A stretch of 21,253 nt of DNA from contig JANPEF010000158.1 in the NCBI GenBank assembly GCA_031431875.1, positions 1 to 21,253 on the forward strand. The letters are read 5' to 3'. The DNA comes from Candidatus Eiseniibacteriota bacterium (lineage in GTDB: Bacteria; Eisenbacteria; RBG-16-71-46; DASYSL01). Below, in pieces: positions 1 to 11,178 of the stretch. The translations under genes and the position numbers were made by a program. The notes below the pieces were generated by a model. It was not told the DNA's origin. It searched no databases and saw only the letters and a program-made list of their open reading frames with translations. Numbering within the stretch: position 1 is the first letter of the stretch; every line of letters begins with the position of its first letter.

Positions 1-2
1 TG

Positions 3-260
3 TCGTTGTGCGGCGGACGCGCCACGCTCCCGGCCGCCGCGGTCGCGTTGGCGCGGCGCACGGGGGCGGCGATCGTGCCGGGCTTCGTCGAGCGCGTCGC
101 CCCGGGGCGCTGGCGCGTCACCTTCGAGCCCGCGCTCGAGCCCGGCGACTCCGCGCTGGCCGAGCTGGCGCGTGCGCTCGAGCGCCGCGTCGTGGCCGAT
201 CCCACGCAGTGGTTCGTGTTCGAGTCGGTGTGGGATGACGTGCAGGCGGAGGGCGCATGA
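3..260 (+). CDS. Lipid A biosynthesis (LpxL/HtrB-like) or lysophospholipid acyltransferase family protein, C-terminal part; 5' end lies outside the window
   Basis: The frame is open from the window edge. LCGGRATLPAAAVALARRTGAAIVPGF resembles the F(F)G..A..P...A.LA..TGA.IVP.F motif, and DPTQWFVFESVW resembles the terminal P.QW.W...W motif. The stop overlaps the next ATG (ATGA). Confidence 0.75.
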   Translation, partial: SLCGGRATLPAAAVALARRTGAAIVPGFVERVAPGRWRVTFEPALEPGDSALAELARALERRVVADPTQWFVFESVWDDVQAEGA

Positions 261-1030
261 GCGAGGCAAGCCCGCGAACGCAGCGCCTGGCCGTGCTCGT
301 CCCCGCGTACGAGGCGGCCGCGACCCTGCCGGGCGTGCTGGCCCGACTGGCCCGCGTGCACCCGCCAAGGGACACGTTCGTCATCGACGACGGATCCCGC
401 GACGGCACCGGCGACGTGGCGCGCGCCTCCGGTGTTCATGTCGAGACGCACGCGACCAATCGCGGGAAGGGCGCCGGCCTGCTCACCGGCTTCCGCGCCA
501 CCGCGGGCTACGACGCCGTCGCCACGCTCGACGCCGACGGCCAGCACAAGCCCGAGGACCTGCCGCGCCTCGTCGCCGCGCTTGCCGACGCCGACCTCGT
601 GGTCGGCGCACGCGTGCGCACCGCGGCCATGCCGCCGCACCGGCGATTCGGCAACTGGCTCTCGGCAGCTTACCTGGCCTGGCTCGCGCGCACGCCGCTA
701 CCCGACGTGCAGTCGGGCTACCGCGTCCACCGCGCGAGCGTCCTCGTGGCGCTCGGCCTGCAGCCTGCGGGCGGCGCGGCGAGCGGGGCGACGGGCGGCC
801 CGCCGCCGGCATTCCGCTCGACCGGATACGGCTTCGAGTCGGAGATCCTGATCGCCGCCGCGCGCCTGGGCTTCCGTGTCGCTGATGTCCCGATCGAGGC
901 GGTCTACGAGGGTGCGCCCAGCCACTTCCATCCCTGGCGCGAGCTGCCGCGCTTCGGCGCGCTCTACACCCGTCTGCTGCTCGACGCGGGGCGCTGGAGC
1001 GCACACCGCCGCGGACGGGGGGGCGCGTGA
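257..1030 (+). CDS. Glycosyltransferase family 2 (DPM1/polyprenol-phosphate mannosyltransferase-like)
   Basis: Motifs VLVPAYEAA, VIDDGSRDGT, NRGKGAG, TLDADGQH (DxD), DVQSGYR and GYGFESEIL; overlapped with both neighbours. Confidence 0.92.
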   Translation: MSEASPRTQRLAVLVPAYEAAATLPGVLARLARVHPPRDTFVIDDGSRDGTGDVARASGVHVETHATNRGKGAGLLTGFRATAGYDAVATLDADGQHKPEDLPRLVAALADADLVVGARVRTAAMPPHRRFGNWLSAAYLAWLARTPLPDVQSGYRVHRASVLVALGLQPAGGAASGATGGPPPAFRSTGYGFESEILIAAARLGFRVADVPIEAVYEGAPSHFHPWRELPRFGALYTRLLLDAGRWSAHRRGRGGA

Positions 1031-1773
1031 ACATCCTCGTCACCAACGACGACGGCATCACCTCCACCGCCCTCTACGGCCTGCGCGATGCGCTCGCCGA
1101 CCTGGGGCGCGTGTTCATCGTCGCGCCGGATCGCGACCAGAGCGCGACCAGTCACAGCCTCACGCTCTACCGCCCGATGCGCATCGAGAACCCCGCGCCC
1201 GACGTCTACGCGGTCGACGGCACGCCGACGGACTGCGTGCTCATCGCCATGCACGGACTGTTGAACGAGCCGATCGACCTCGTGGTCAGCGGCGTCAACC
1301 GTGGGGCGAACATGGGCGATGACGTGTTCTACTCGGGCACGGTCGCCGCCGCGATCGAGGGCGCGATGCAGGGCCTGCCCGCGATCGCCGTGTCGCTCGC
1401 CGTCTCGGGACTCGCCGACTTCACCTACGCCTGCGCATTCACGCGCCGGCTGGTCGAGGCGGTCCGGCGGGAGGGGATGCCGGCCAAGAGCGTGCTCAAC
1501 GTCAACGTGCCGAACCGGCCGGCGGCCGAGGTGGCCGGGGTCGAAGTCACCCGCCTCGGCAAGCGGGTCTACCAGGACACGCTGATCGAGCGCACCGACC
1601 CGCGTGGCCGCAAGTACTACTGGATCGGCGGCGATGCGCCCGTCTGGGATCCCGAGCCCGAAACCGACTTCCTGGCCGTCGACCGTGGGTTCGTGAGCGT
1701 CACGCCGCTCCATCTGCTGCTCACCGATGAACCGCTGCGGGAGCGCCTCTCCGGGTGGCGTTTGACGCCCTGA
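1027..1773 (+). CDS. surE: 5'/3'-nucleotidase SurE
   Basis: Motifs [58 protein letters not shown] and VSVTPL; GTG start overlaps the upstream TGA. Confidence 0.97.
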   Translation: MNILVTNDDGITSTALYGLRDALADLGRVFIVAPDRDQSATSHSLTLYRPMRIENPAPDVYAVDGTPTDCVLIAMHGLLNEPIDLVVSGVNRGANMGDDVFYSGTVAAAIEGAMQGLPAIAVSLAVSGLADFTYACAFTRRLVEAVRREGMPAKSVLNVNVPNRPAAEVAGVEVTRLGKRVYQDTLIERTDPRGRKYYWIGGDAPVWDPEPETDFLAVDRGFVSVTPLHLLLTDEPLRERLSGWRLTP

Positions 1774-1783
1774 GCGAGGCCGG

Positions 1784-1812
1784 TTGGCAGGGGGCGGGGG
1801 CTGTGCTAGGGT
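1784..1812 (+). promoter_or_regulatory. Putative sigma70 promoter for tRNA-Pro
   Basis: TTGGCA (1784-1789), 17 bp spacer, TAGGGT (1807-1812), with extended -10 TG at 1804-1805. Confidence 0.55.
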
Positions 1813-1856
1813 CCCGGGGTCGATGATGGCCCCGGGTGACCGGGGTTGTTCTGTGT

Positions 1857-1933
<77 letters not shown>

Positions 1934-1940
1934 CTTCGTG

Positions 1941-1978
1941 GAAGGCCCTTCGGCGTCGCCGCCGGAGGGTTTTCTGTT
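1941..1978 (+). terminator. Probable intrinsic terminator after tRNA-Pro
   Basis: GAAGGCCCTTCGGCG-TCGC-CGCCGGAGGGTTTTC hairpin (with G-U pairs) ending in T-rich TTTTCTGTT. Confidence 0.7.
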
Positions 1979-2016
1979 GCGGACGGCCCGCTCGCTGGAG
2001 ACCCTTCCCGCTGATC

Positions 2017-3165
2017 ATGACTCCGGCTCTCGCTCCCGATCGCCGCCTCGCGGCCCTCCCCCCCGGCGGCTTCGCCGCGCGCCTCGACGAGGCGTGGCAA
2101 CTTGCCACGCGCGCCCGCCGACTCGACGCCGAGCAGGTCGACCTGCTGCTCGGCGCCCGGGGCTTCGACGCCATCGCCTTCGCCGAGTTCTGCGAACGGG
2201 CGCGCGTCGCGGGAATCGTGCTCGAGGGCGTCGATCCCGAGCCCGGTGCGACCGACACCGACCTGGCCGAGGCGCGCGCGGCCCGCGAGCACGTGGGGGC
2301 CATCGGCAGCCGCGGCTTCGACGATCCCGAGAACCAGAACCTCAATCGCTACCTGCACGAAATCCGCCGCTTCGCCACGCTCGACGGCGAGGGCGAGCGC
2401 ACGCTGGCGCGCACGCGCGCCCTGGGCGGCCCGGCGGGGGAAGTCGCACGCCGCACGCTGATCCTCGCCAACCTGCGACTGGTCGTGTTCTTCGCCCGAC
2501 GCTATCGCAACCGCGGACTCGCCTTCCTCGACATCATCGAGGAGGGGAACCTGGGTCTCATCACTGCGGTCGATCGGTTCGACCCCGAGCGCGGCGTGCG
2601 CTTCGTCACCTACGCATCGTGGTGGATCCGCCAGGCGATCCTGCGCGGCATCGCCGAGACCGCGAACGCGGTGCGCATCCCGATTCGCGTGCTGCGCCAG
2701 GTGCAGCGGCTGGTCGCCGCCGAGCGGCTGTTGCGCCACCGGAACGGGCACGAGCCGAGCCCGAACGAGCTCGCCGCCGCACTGGGCCTGGCCCTGCCGC
2801 AGGTCGAGCGCCTGACCCGCCTGCGCCGCTCGATCGGCGCACCCGCGGAGCTGTCCGCGCTCGAGCTCGCGCCGGAATCGATCGACCACGACGCCGCGCA
2901 GGCACCGCCGTCGATCGAGACACTCATCGAGTGGCAGCTCGACCACGAACGGCTCGAGGCGTTCCTGCGCCGCCTTGGCCCGCGCGAGGAGAAGGTCCTG
3001 CGCATCCGCTACGGCTTCTTCGACGGCGTGGCGCGCACCCTGCAGCAGACCGGCGACGCGCTGGGCGTGACCCGCGAGCGCGTGCGCCAGATCGAGGAGC
3101 GGGCGCTGTCGCGCCTGCGCGAGATGATGGACGTGCAACCGACCTGGGAGACGGAGGAATGGTGA
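2017..3165 (+). CDS. Sigma70-family RNA polymerase sigma factor, RpoS-like (group 2)
   Basis: Region 1.2 [10 protein letters not shown]; region 2 ANLRLVV...[34 protein letters not shown]; region 4 LRIRYG...[33 protein letters not shown] and FDPERG are RpoS-type rather than RpoD-type residues. Confidence 0.9.
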   Translation: MTPALAPDRRLAALPPGGFAARLDEAWQLATRARRLDAEQVDLLLGARGFDAIAFAEFCERARVAGIVLEGVDPEPGATDTDLAEARAAREHVGAIGSRGFDDPENQNLNRYLHEIRRFATLDGEGERTLARTRALGGPAGEVARRTLILANLRLVVFFARRYRNRGLAFLDIIEEGNLGLITAVDRFDPERGVRFVTYASWWIRQAILRGIAETANAVRIPIRVLRQVQRLVAAERLLRHRNGHEPSPNELAAALGLALPQVERLTRLRRSIGAPAELSALELAPESIDHDAAQAPPSIETLIEWQLDHERLEAFLRRLGPREEKVLRIRYGFFDGVARTLQQTGDALGVTRERVRQIEERALSRLREMMDVQPTWETEEW

Positions 3166-3749
3166 GCGAGACATTCGAACGCCCGAAGACACCGGGAGCG
3201 CCGCTCGCGGACTGGGTCCGCACCGTGCCCGACTGGCCCAAGCCCGGCGTGCAGTTCCGTGACCTGACACCGCTGTGGGCCGACGGCGCGGCATGGGCGC
3301 GCACCGTGGCCCGCCTCGCCCGTCCGTTCGATCCGCTGCCGCCGGCGGTCGTGCTGGGGATCGAAGCCCGCGGCTTCGTCGTCGCCGCAGCACTCGCCGC
3401 ACGCTGGGGAGCCGGGCTGCTGCTGGCGCGCAAGCCGGGCAAGCTGCCGGGTGCGGTGCACCGCGAGGACTACGCGCTCGAATACGGGACCGCTGCCATC
3501 GAGGCGCACCGCGGCGTCGTGCCGGCGGGCAGCCGTGTGCTCATCGCCGACGACGTGCTCGCCACGGGCGGCACAGCGTTCGCCGCGCTCGCACTGGCGC
3601 GAGCGCTCGAGGCGCAACCGATCGGCTTCGCGTTCATCCTCGAGATCGAAGCGCTGGACGGCCGGTCACGCCTGGGCGCCGGGCTGCCGATCGAGGTCGC
3701 GATCGCCTACGACGCGGCGGGGCAACCCCGCGAAGCCGCGCGTGGCTGA
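3159..3749 (+). CDS. apt: Adenine phosphoribosyltransferase (alternative start GTG at 3162)
   Basis: Motifs [38 protein letters not shown] and PRPP-binding [13 protein letters not shown]. This is the C-terminal part of the listed 1836..3749 ORF; it overlaps the sigma gene stop. Confidence 0.95.
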   Translation: MVSETFERPKTPGAPLADWVRTVPDWPKPGVQFRDLTPLWADGAAWARTVARLARPFDPLPPAVVLGIEARGFVVAAALAARWGAGLLLARKPGKLPGAVHREDYALEYGTAAIEAHRGVVPAGSRVLIADDVLATGGTAFAALALARALEAQPIGFAFILEIEALDGRSRLGAGLPIEVAIAYDAAGQPREAARG

Positions 3750-3772
3750 CCACCTCACCCCGGAGACCTCGC

Positions 3773-4735
3773 ATGCGCCCCGTCACCGCCGCCGACCTCG
3801 TCGCCGTCCACGCGCTCGAGCGCCGGATCGAGACTCACGAGGGCCGGCCTCTCGCCACGCCGTACGCGGAGTTCGAGGAGTGGCTCACGGACCCGTTCCT
3901 CGATCTCGCGCGCGACACGCGACTGGTCGAGCGGGACGGTGCGGTGATCGGATGGGGCCGCGTGTGGTGCCGCGACGAGCGCGAACGCGAGGCCCGTGCG
4001 TATCTGTTCGGCGGCGTCGACCCGGCGCACCGGCGACAGGGGATCGGCGGCGAGATTCTCGCCTGGTCGATCGCGGCCGCCACGGAACGCCTGGCCGCCG
4101 CGCCCGATGGCATTCCGCGCGTTCTGCGAACCGTGGCCTTCGCCGAGCGGGACGATGCGTTCGCGCTGTTCGCCTCCAAGGGGCTTGAACCCGCCCGCTA
4201 CAACGACGAACTCCTGCGCGACCTCGCCGTTCCGTCCGCGGCGCCGGATTGCCCCGGCATCGAGATCGTCCCGTGGGACGATGCGCGATCCGAAGAGGCG
4301 CGGATCGCGGAGAACGAGGCGTTCGCCGACCACTGGGGCTCGGCTCCGCGCGATTCGGCCGCCTGGCAGCAGGACCTCACGGGCCACGGCTCCCGCCCCG
4401 ATCTGTCGTTCCTGGCACTCGACGGGGATCGCGTCGTGGGCGTCTGCCGGAACCTCGCGTTTCCCGACGACGAGGCCGTCACCGGACGACGGGAGGCCTG
4501 GATCCAGAACCTGAGCACCGTGCGTTCGCACCGCAAGCGCGGGATCGCCTCGGCGCTCGTCGCCGCGTCGATCGTGGCGTTCCGGCAGGCGGGATTCACG
4601 CACGCCGCGCTCGGCGTCGACAGCGAGAATCCGAGCGGGGCGTACGGGCTTTACGAGCGCCTCGGATTCCGCGCCATGCATCGCATCGTCATCTGCCAGA
4701 AAACGCTCGATCAGGACAACAGCCGAGAGCGGTAG
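3773..4735 (+). CDS. Tandem GNAT-domain acetyltransferase (MshD-like architecture)
   Basis: Two acetyl-CoA motifs, GVDPAHRRQGIG and TVRSHRKRGIA, plus LGVDSENPSGAYGLYERLGF. GGAG lies 7 nt before ATG 3773. Confidence 0.88.
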   Translation: MRPVTAADLVAVHALERRIETHEGRPLATPYAEFEEWLTDPFLDLARDTRLVERDGAVIGWGRVWCRDEREREARAYLFGGVDPAHRRQGIGGEILAWSIAAATERLAAAPDGIPRVLRTVAFAERDDAFALFASKGLEPARYNDELLRDLAVPSAAPDCPGIEIVPWDDARSEEARIAENEAFADHWGSAPRDSAAWQQDLTGHGSRPDLSFLALDGDRVVGVCRNLAFPDDEAVTGRREAWIQNLSTVRSHRKRGIASALVAASIVAFRQAGFTHAALGVDSENPSGAYGLYERLGFRAMHRIVICQKTLDQDNSRER

Positions 4736-5469
4736 CGGCGACTGAGGCGCAGTTCCGTGCCGTCGTCGAGCCGCACGTCGAAGTCACCGTGCGCGGCGGC
4801 GACGATCTCGAGGATGCAGTCAACGCGCACCAGCGTCCCGCGGTGAATGCGCGCGAACCGGGAGGGGTCGAGCCTGGCCTCGAGCTCGGCCATGGTGGCA
4901 CGCACGAGGTGCGTGCCCTGCGCCAGGTGCAACTCGGCATAGTTGCCCGCCGCCCCGATCCAGCGCACGTCGCCGACGGGCACGAAGCGGATGCGCTCGC
5001 GCTCGCGCACGGTGAAGCGCTCGATACGCCGCGCCTCTTCGCCACGTCCCCGGCGCACGTCGTCGAGCAGCGCCGCCAGCCGCGTCGGACCCTCGCGCTC
5101 CGCGCCGCGAGCCAGCTCACGGCGGGCGCGCTCGAGCGCGATCCGGAAGCGCTCCTCGCGCACCGGCTTCAGGAGGAAGTCCAGCGCCGCCAGGTCGAAC
5201 GCGCGCAGCGCGTGTTGCTCGTGCGCGGTGACGAAGATCACCTCGGGCAGGTGCGTCTCGGCGATTCCCTCGAGCACGTCGAAGCCGTCACCGTCGGGCA
5301 TCTGGACGTCCAGAAAGAGCAGGTCCGGCCGTTCTCGCTTGACGAGCGCGATCGCCTCGGCCGGCGTGCCCGCCTCGCCGGCGATCTCGACGTCGGTTTC
5401 CGCGGCCAGCCACAGGCGCAAGCCTTCGCGGGCGACCGGCTCGTCGTCGACGAGCGCGACGCGGATCAC
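4711..5469 (-). CDS. LytTR/AlgR-family response regulator (REC + LytTR)
   Basis: VALVDDEP, LFLDVQMP, VIFVTAH, DFLLKP; LytTR domain AAGNYAELH, FARIHRGTLV, LSRRYR. GTG start overlaps the kinase stop, with GGAGG upstream. Confidence 0.95.
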   Translation of the reverse strand: MIRVALVDDEPVAREGLRLWLAAETDVEIAGEAGTPAEAIALVKRERPDLLFLDVQMPDGDGFDVLEGIAETHLPEVIFVTAHEQHALRAFDLAALDFLLKPVREERFRIALERARRELARGAEREGPTRLAALLDDVRRGRGEEARRIERFTVRERERIRFVPVGDVRWIGAAGNYAELHLAQGTHLVRATMAELEARLDPSRFARIHRGTLVRVDCILEIVAAAHGDFDVRLDDGTELRLSRRYRSRLLS

Positions 5470-6563
5470 GACGCACCCTCCTTCGGCTCGAGGCGCCGCC
5501 ACGGCAGGCGCATCGTCACCCGGCCACCGCCGCCAGCGGGCGTGTCGCAGCGCAGCGTCCCGCGCGCACCATAGAGCAGACGCAGCCGCTCGCGCGTGTT
5601 CGTGAGGCCGACCCCGGTCTCGGTCGCGGCCTCGGCGCCGCCGCCGGCGAAGCCCGGCCCGTCGTCGCTCACCTCGATCACCAGGTCGCCGCCGTCGCGC
5701 CGTGCCGCAACGCGCACGCGCCCGCCGCGCGCGGTCGTGAGCCCGTGCTCGATCGCGTTCTCCACCAGGGGCTGGACCACGAGCGCCGGTACGGCCGCGT
5801 CGCGCGTGTCCTCGTCGATCGCCCACTGCACCTCGAGCCGGTCGGGGAAACGAATCCGCTGCAGGTCGACGTAGCGCTCGAGGAACGCGAGCTCCTCGCG
5901 CAGCGGGATCTCGTGGCGGGCCGGCTCGCGAAACGAGGCGCGCAGCAGTTCGCCCAGGTCACCGATCGCGCGATCGACCGCGGCGCCGTCGCCGCGGCGG
6001 GCCAGCACGGCGATCGCGTTCAGCGTGTTGAACAGGAAGTGCGGCCGGATCTGCGCCTGCAGGCCCTCGAGGCGGGCGGCGGCCAGGCTTTCGGCCAGGC
6101 GGGCCGTCGCGATCTCGCGCTCGTCGGCCTCGCGGCGCGCGGCGAGCAAGAGGAGAATCGCCGTGATCCCCACGTACAGGCTGGCCTCGAGCGCGACATA
6201 GAACACCCAGGTGTGAATCAGCGCGTGCATGCCGAGGAACGGCCCGTGCCGCCCGATCGACACGTGCGTGGCGATGAGCAGGCCGATGTGGAGTCCCACG
6301 AACACGGCCGCACCGCCCATGTGCGCCACGAGCGCGGTGAGCGTGTGGCCGCGGCGGAGCGGGAAGCGCGCCGCCATGAACGCGCACCACGGCGAGACGG
6401 CGATGAGCGTGAGCCCCATGGCCAGCATGCGCCGCCAGTGCTCGTCGCCGCCGAAGCCGTGGCCGTCGAGCACGCGCGTCAGCGACGAGCGCGAGATCTC
6501 GAGGACGGCAAGGAACGTCGCCGTGGCCAGCGCGAGGAGGATGGAACGGAGGATGGGTCGCAT
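5466..6563 (-). CDS. LytS/AlgZ-type membrane sensor histidine kinase (alternative starts 6581 and 6590)
   Basis: About four hydrophobic N-terminal segments; H-box [29 protein letters not shown]-box [16 protein letters not shown] and [11 protein letters not shown]. Confidence 0.93.
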   Translation of the reverse strand: MRPILRSILLALATATFLAVLEISRSSLTRVLDGHGFGGDEHWRRMLAMGLTLIAVSPWCAFMAARFPLRRGHTLTALVAHMGGAAVFVGLHIGLLIATHVSIGRHGPFLGMHALIHTWVFYVALEASLYVGITAILLLLAARREADEREIATARLAESLAAARLEGLQAQIRPHFLFNTLNAIAVLARRGDGAAVDRAIGDLGELLRASFREPARHEIPLREELAFLERYVDLQRIRFPDRLEVQWAIDEDTRDAAVPALVVQPLVENAIEHGLTTARGGRVRVAARRDGGDLVIEVSDDGPGFAGGGAEAATETGVGLTNTRERLRLLYGARGTLRCDTPAGGGGRVTMRLPWRRLEPKEGAS

Positions 6564-6602
6564 CGCGGTCGATCGTAGCATCCCGCGCATCCCGCGCGTG
6601 CT

Positions 6603-6634
6603 CCGCTCGTCCCTGCCAACCCGCCGCTCGTCCC
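6603..6634 (+). promoter_or_regulatory. LytTR-type operator: direct repeat CCGCTCGTCCC x2 at 21-bp period
   Basis: Identical 11-mers at 6603-6613 and 6624-6634, plus a 9/11 copy at 6583-6593. They resemble the AlgR site CCGTTCGTC and lie upstream of a GATGCT -10 (6665-6670) for the ABC operon. Confidence 0.75.
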
Positions 6635-6676
6635 GTGGTCGCGGCGCGCAGCCCCGGCGAGCGCGATGCTGCGTCC

Positions 6677-7341
<665 letters not shown>

Positions 7342-7342
<1 letters not shown>

Positions 7343-9729
7343 TGGCGCCGCGCTGGAGGAAGGCGACGCGCGACCTCCTGGCCCGCCCCGGACGCACCGC
7401 GCTCGCCATCCTCGCCCTCGTCGCCGGCGTGTTCCAGGTCGGCGCGATGCTCTACAAGTTCGCGCTCCTGCAGCCCGAGCTGACGACGATGTACGGCCGC
7501 ACCGATCCGGCCGCGGCGGTCTTCACGACCGACGTGGCAACGGACGACGTCGTCGACATCGTGCGGCGCGTCCCCGGCGTCGGCCACGCCGAAGCGCGCC
7601 CGGTCGTGCTCGCGCGGGTGCGGAAGGGCGACGCGGAGTGGATCCCGGCCGTGGTCTCGGTCGTCCGCGACTTCGACGCGCAGCAGATCGACACGTTCAA
7701 GCCCGAGGCCGGCGCGTGGCCGCCGGGGCGCGACGAGATCGTGCTCGAACGGAGCGCCCTCGAGTTCGCGCACATCGCCATCGGCGACACCGTCACGCTG
7801 CGCCTGCCGGGCGGGGAGGATCGCGCCGTGCGCGTCGCGGGCACGGTGTACGCGCCGGGCCTGGCCCCGGCGTGGATGGAGCACGTCGTCCCGGCCTGGG
7901 TGACCTGGGACTCGCCCGTGCGCGGCCCCGCCGACGGATCGGGTGAGTCGGCCCAGATCCGCATGCGCGTCGCCGACCACGCCCTCGACGAGGGCTACGT
8001 CCAGGAGGTGGCCGACTCGGCACAGGCCGCGCTCGAGCGCGCAGGGCACGTCGTGTCGCGCGTGACGATTCCGCCACCCGGCAAGCACCCGCACGCCGAC
8101 CAGATGGCCGCCTTCCTCTTTCTTCTCCTGACCTTCGGCATCCTCAGCTTCGCGCTGAGCATGCTGCTGGTGACCGGCATGATCCACGGACTCATGCAGG
8201 AGCAGGTACGCGAGGTCGGCGTGATGAAGGCGCTGGGCGCCACCGACCCCCAGGTCGCCGGCATCTACCTGGGGCAGGTCGCGATTCTCGCCGCGGTCGC
8301 GCTCGTGATCGGCACGCCGATCGGCCTGTTCGTGGGCAGGGTCTACGCCGAGTTCTCGGCCGGCATCTTGAACGTCGACCTGACGCACCGCCCGTTCCCG
8401 ATCTGGTTGCTGTTCGCCGAGCTGGTGCTGGGCGTGGTCCTGCCGCTGCTGGTCGCGCTGATCCCGATTCGCCGCGCCGCGCGCGTCTCCGTGCACGAGG
8501 CGCTGTCCGATGGGGCGGGCGCACGGGCGTTCGGCGAGCGTCCGTTCGAGCGGGCCTTGCTGTCGATCCGCGCGCTGCCGCGGCCGCTCGCGTTATCACT
8601 GCGCACCGCGCTGCGGCACCCCGCGCGCGTCGCGCTCACGGTGGCGATGCTGGCCGTCGGCGGGGCGGCGTTCATGGCCGCGCTCAACACGGCCGCGGCG
8701 TGGAACGGCGCGGTCGAGAACGACTTCGCGCACCGGAGATACGACCTGACCGTGGTGCTTGCCGAGTTCCAGGCGACCGCCGAGCTCGATCGCACCCTCG
8801 CGGCGGTGCCCGCGGTCGCGCATGCCGAGTACTGGCCCGGGGCCAGCCCGTACCTGGTCGGCCCGCACGGCGTCTCGACCGTGACGGCGACGATGCTCGG
8901 GCCCGATCCGGGATCGGAACTCCTGCGGCTTCCGCTCGTGTCCGGTCGCTGGCTCGAACCGGGCGACGTCGACGCCGTCGTGATCAACCAATCGGTGGTG
9001 AAGAACCTGCCCGGGATCGGCGTCGGCGACTCGGTCGGCGTCCGCCAGCGGGGGAGGACGACGCGCTTCCCCATCGTCGGCATCGTCAAGGAGATCGCAC
9101 CCATGCCGGCAATCTACGCGCCGCCCGGCGCGGTGCGCGGCGTCACGGGCCGCGTGCCGGGCGAATCGCGCTCAATCCGCATCGTCTCGCGCTCCCACGA
9201 CGACGCCGGACAGCTCCGCGCCGCGCGCGCCCTCGAGACCGCGTTCGAAGCCGCGGGGATCGAGGTCACCGGCATGCACCGCATGCTCGACCAGAAGAAG
9301 GGGATCCTCGACCACCTCGTCATCCTCATCTCGATCCTGACGATGGCATCCCTGATCGTCGTCATCGTCGGCGCGATCGGGCTCGCCTCGACGCTGACCA
9401 TGAGCGTTGTCCAGCGCACGCGCGAGATCGGGATCCTCAGCGCCATCGGCGCGACGCCGCGCACGATCGCGGGGCAGGTCGCTTTCGAGGGGCTGCTGCT
9501 GGCGGTCCTCTCGTGGCTCGCGGCGTTCGTCCTGTCGATCCCCTTGAGCTGGGGGCTGGAGTACGCCGCCGGGATGATCTTCCTGCGCATGCCGCTGCCG
9601 TTCTCGCTGTCGCCGAGTGCGGCCGGCACGTGGCTCGCGCTCGTCGTGGTGCTGGCGCTGGTCTGCAGCTTCTACCCGGCACGCCGCGCGACCGGGCTCT
9701 CCGTCCGCGAAGCGCTGGGCAGTACGTGA
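7342..9729 (+). CDS. ABC transporter permease, duplicated MacB/FtsX type (about 795 aa)
   Basis: Two halves, each with an N-terminal TM, an extracytoplasmic domain and an FtsX motif (QVREVGVMKALGAT; QRTREIGILSAIGAT); terminal PARRATGLSVREAL; TGATG overlap with the ATPase. Confidence 0.92.
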
Positions 9730-9773
9730 TCCCGCGCAGCGTCGTGACTCGTTCCGCACTCCGGAGGTCGTCC

Positions 9774-10211
9774 ATGCGTATGTCTATCGTCGCAGCCGTC
9801 GTCGCCCTGTCTCTCGCCGCGGCCAACGCTGCCACAGCCGCCCCGGCCCGCGACGGCTGGCCCGACACGCCGGCGGGGGGCATCGGCCGCCGCTGGGTCG
9901 CCGCGTTCTGCGCCGGCGACTCGGCCATGAAGGCGTTCCAGGACAAGGAGCTGTCGGCCGAAGCGAAGGCCAAGCGCACGAACGAGGAGCGGAGAGCGAC
10001 CTACAAGAAGCTGCATGCCCAGCTCGGCGCGCTCACGCTGGGCAAGGTCGTCAACTCGAAGCCCGAGGAGCTGACGGTGAAGCTGCTCGACGCCGATGCG
10101 AAGTCGCATGAGTTCACGTTCAAGGTCGTGGTCGGACCGCCGGCAAAGCTCACCTCGGTGGCGATGAAGCAGTCGCACTTCCAGCATGGCGGGGGCGGTC
10201 ACGGCGAGTGA
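9774..10211 (+). CDS. Secreted hypothetical protein (145 aa); resembles the N-terminal PDTPAG domain of some serine-hydrolase/beta-lactamase-like proteins
   Basis: GGAGG at 9763-9767, signal peptide MRMSIVAAVVALSLAAANAATA, WPDTPAG...WVAAFCAGD, and a His/Gly tail HFQHGGGGHGE. Confidence 0.75.
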   Translation: MRMSIVAAVVALSLAAANAATAAPARDGWPDTPAGGIGRRWVAAFCAGDSAMKAFQDKELSAEAKAKRTNEERRATYKKLHAQLGALTLGKVVNSKPEELTVKLLDADAKSHEFTFKVVVGPPAKLTSVAMKQSHFQHGGGGHGE

Positions 10212-10221
10212 GCCGCGCCGG

Positions 10222-10884
10222 TCAGGACGGAACTTCGAGCAGCGTGGCGAGGGCGGCGAGGTCCGCGACGGTGACGTCCGCAACCGCCGGGCGGTGGTGC
10301 GGCCGCGTGACGAGCACGGTGGTGAGACCGCGCCGCGTCGCCTCGGCGAGGTCATAGTCGGCGTAAGCCGAGACGTGCCACCACGAGCGCCCGCGGTCGA
10401 CACCGGTGCGCGCGGCACACGCGTCCCACACGCGCGGGTCCGGCTTGTACAGCCTCGTCTCCCCGGCACACAGCCACAGCGACCACGGCACGCCGAGGCG
10501 CGCGCGCACGCGCTCGCCCTGGTCGACGTCGCTGTTGGTGAGCGCGACCAGCGGGGCGATGCGCGCCAGACGCGCCAGAGCGAGCGACGCCTCCGGAAAC
10601 GGCGGCCAGTCGCCGACGGTGGCGGCGACCACCTCCGCCTGCGCAGCGGGGAGCCCGAGCACCTCGACCAGGCTCGCCGCGACGATCGAACGATAGGAGC
10701 GCCCCGGGTGCGCCTGCTCGCGCCGCCCCTGCGCATCGATGAGGGCGTCGAAGCCCTTCGAATCGTCGAGCGCCCACGGGAGCGAGACGTCGATCGCCGC
10801 AAGCGCCTCGGTGAGCCCACGCCGCCAGTCGACGACGGTGCCGAAGATGTCGAAGGTGAGTTGGACGGGTGTGGTGGGAGGCAC
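10222..10884 (-). CDS. HAD-superfamily hydrolase, 2-haloacid dehalogenase (type II)-like
   Basis: Motif I TFDIFGTVVDW, motif II LVALTN, motif III YKPDPRVW and motif IV HVSAYADYD; GAGGAG upstream of the GTG. Confidence 0.88.
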   Translation of the reverse strand: MPPTTPVQLTFDIFGTVVDWRRGLTEALAAIDVSLPWALDDSKGFDALIDAQGRREQAHPGRSYRSIVAASLVEVLGLPAAQAEVVAATVGDWPPFPEASLALARLARIAPLVALTNSDVDQGERVRARLGVPWSLWLCAGETRLYKPDPRVWDACAARTGVDRGRSWWHVSAYADYDLAEATRRGLTTVLVTRPHHRPAVADVTVADLAALATLLEVPS

Positions 10885-10937
10885 GGACGTGGTTCTCCTC
10901 GGCGCAGGGCGAGCGCAGTCGCACGTGGTCTTGAAAG

Positions 10938-11011
10938 TGCCCCCGGGGTGACTCGAACACCCGGCACGCAGTTTAGGAAACTGCTGCTCTATCCACCTGA
11001 GCTACGGGGGC
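10938..11011 (-). tRNA. tRNA-Arg (anticodon CCT), CCA not encoded
   Basis: The minus strand reads GCCCCCGTAGCTCAGGTGGATAGAGCAGCAGTTTCCTAAACTGCGTGCCGGGTGTTCGAGTCACCCCGGGGGCA: acceptor GCCCCCG/CGGGGGC, anticodon arm GCAGT-TTCCTAA-ACTGC, T loop TTCGAGT. Confidence 0.95.
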
Positions 11012-11088
11012 ACGGAACTCGGAACACGTTCGCCCGCAGCAGGGTGCGGGACGGACTTCCGCCGCAGTCTAAGCCATGCCGATGGGTC

Positions 11089-11125
11089 GCGTCCCGCCCC
11101 CAGTTCGGGATGACGGGCGGGACGC
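11089..11125. repeat. Perfect 11-bp inverted repeat GCGTCCCGCCC-N15-GGGCGGGACGC between the divergent tRNA-Arg and secreted-protein gene
   Basis: Arms at 11089-11099 and 11115-11125; overlaps a candidate promoter ATGACG (11110-11115), 18 bp spacer, TATGCT (11134-11139). Confidence 0.6.
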
Positions 11126-11178
11126 CTCGCGCCTATGCTCATTGCCCATCTGCTTCCCGCACCGACGGAGGACGTTCG

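Noticed and set aside
760..812. Gly/Ala/Pro-rich insertion (QPAGGAASGATGGPPPA) in the GT2
   Set aside because: Short in-frame low-complexity loop with no repeat or mobile-element hallmarks.
10186..11178. N-terminal extension of the 471-aa ORF
   Set aside because: It is antisense to the HAD gene and tRNA-Arg. SD and signal peptide support ATG 11179.
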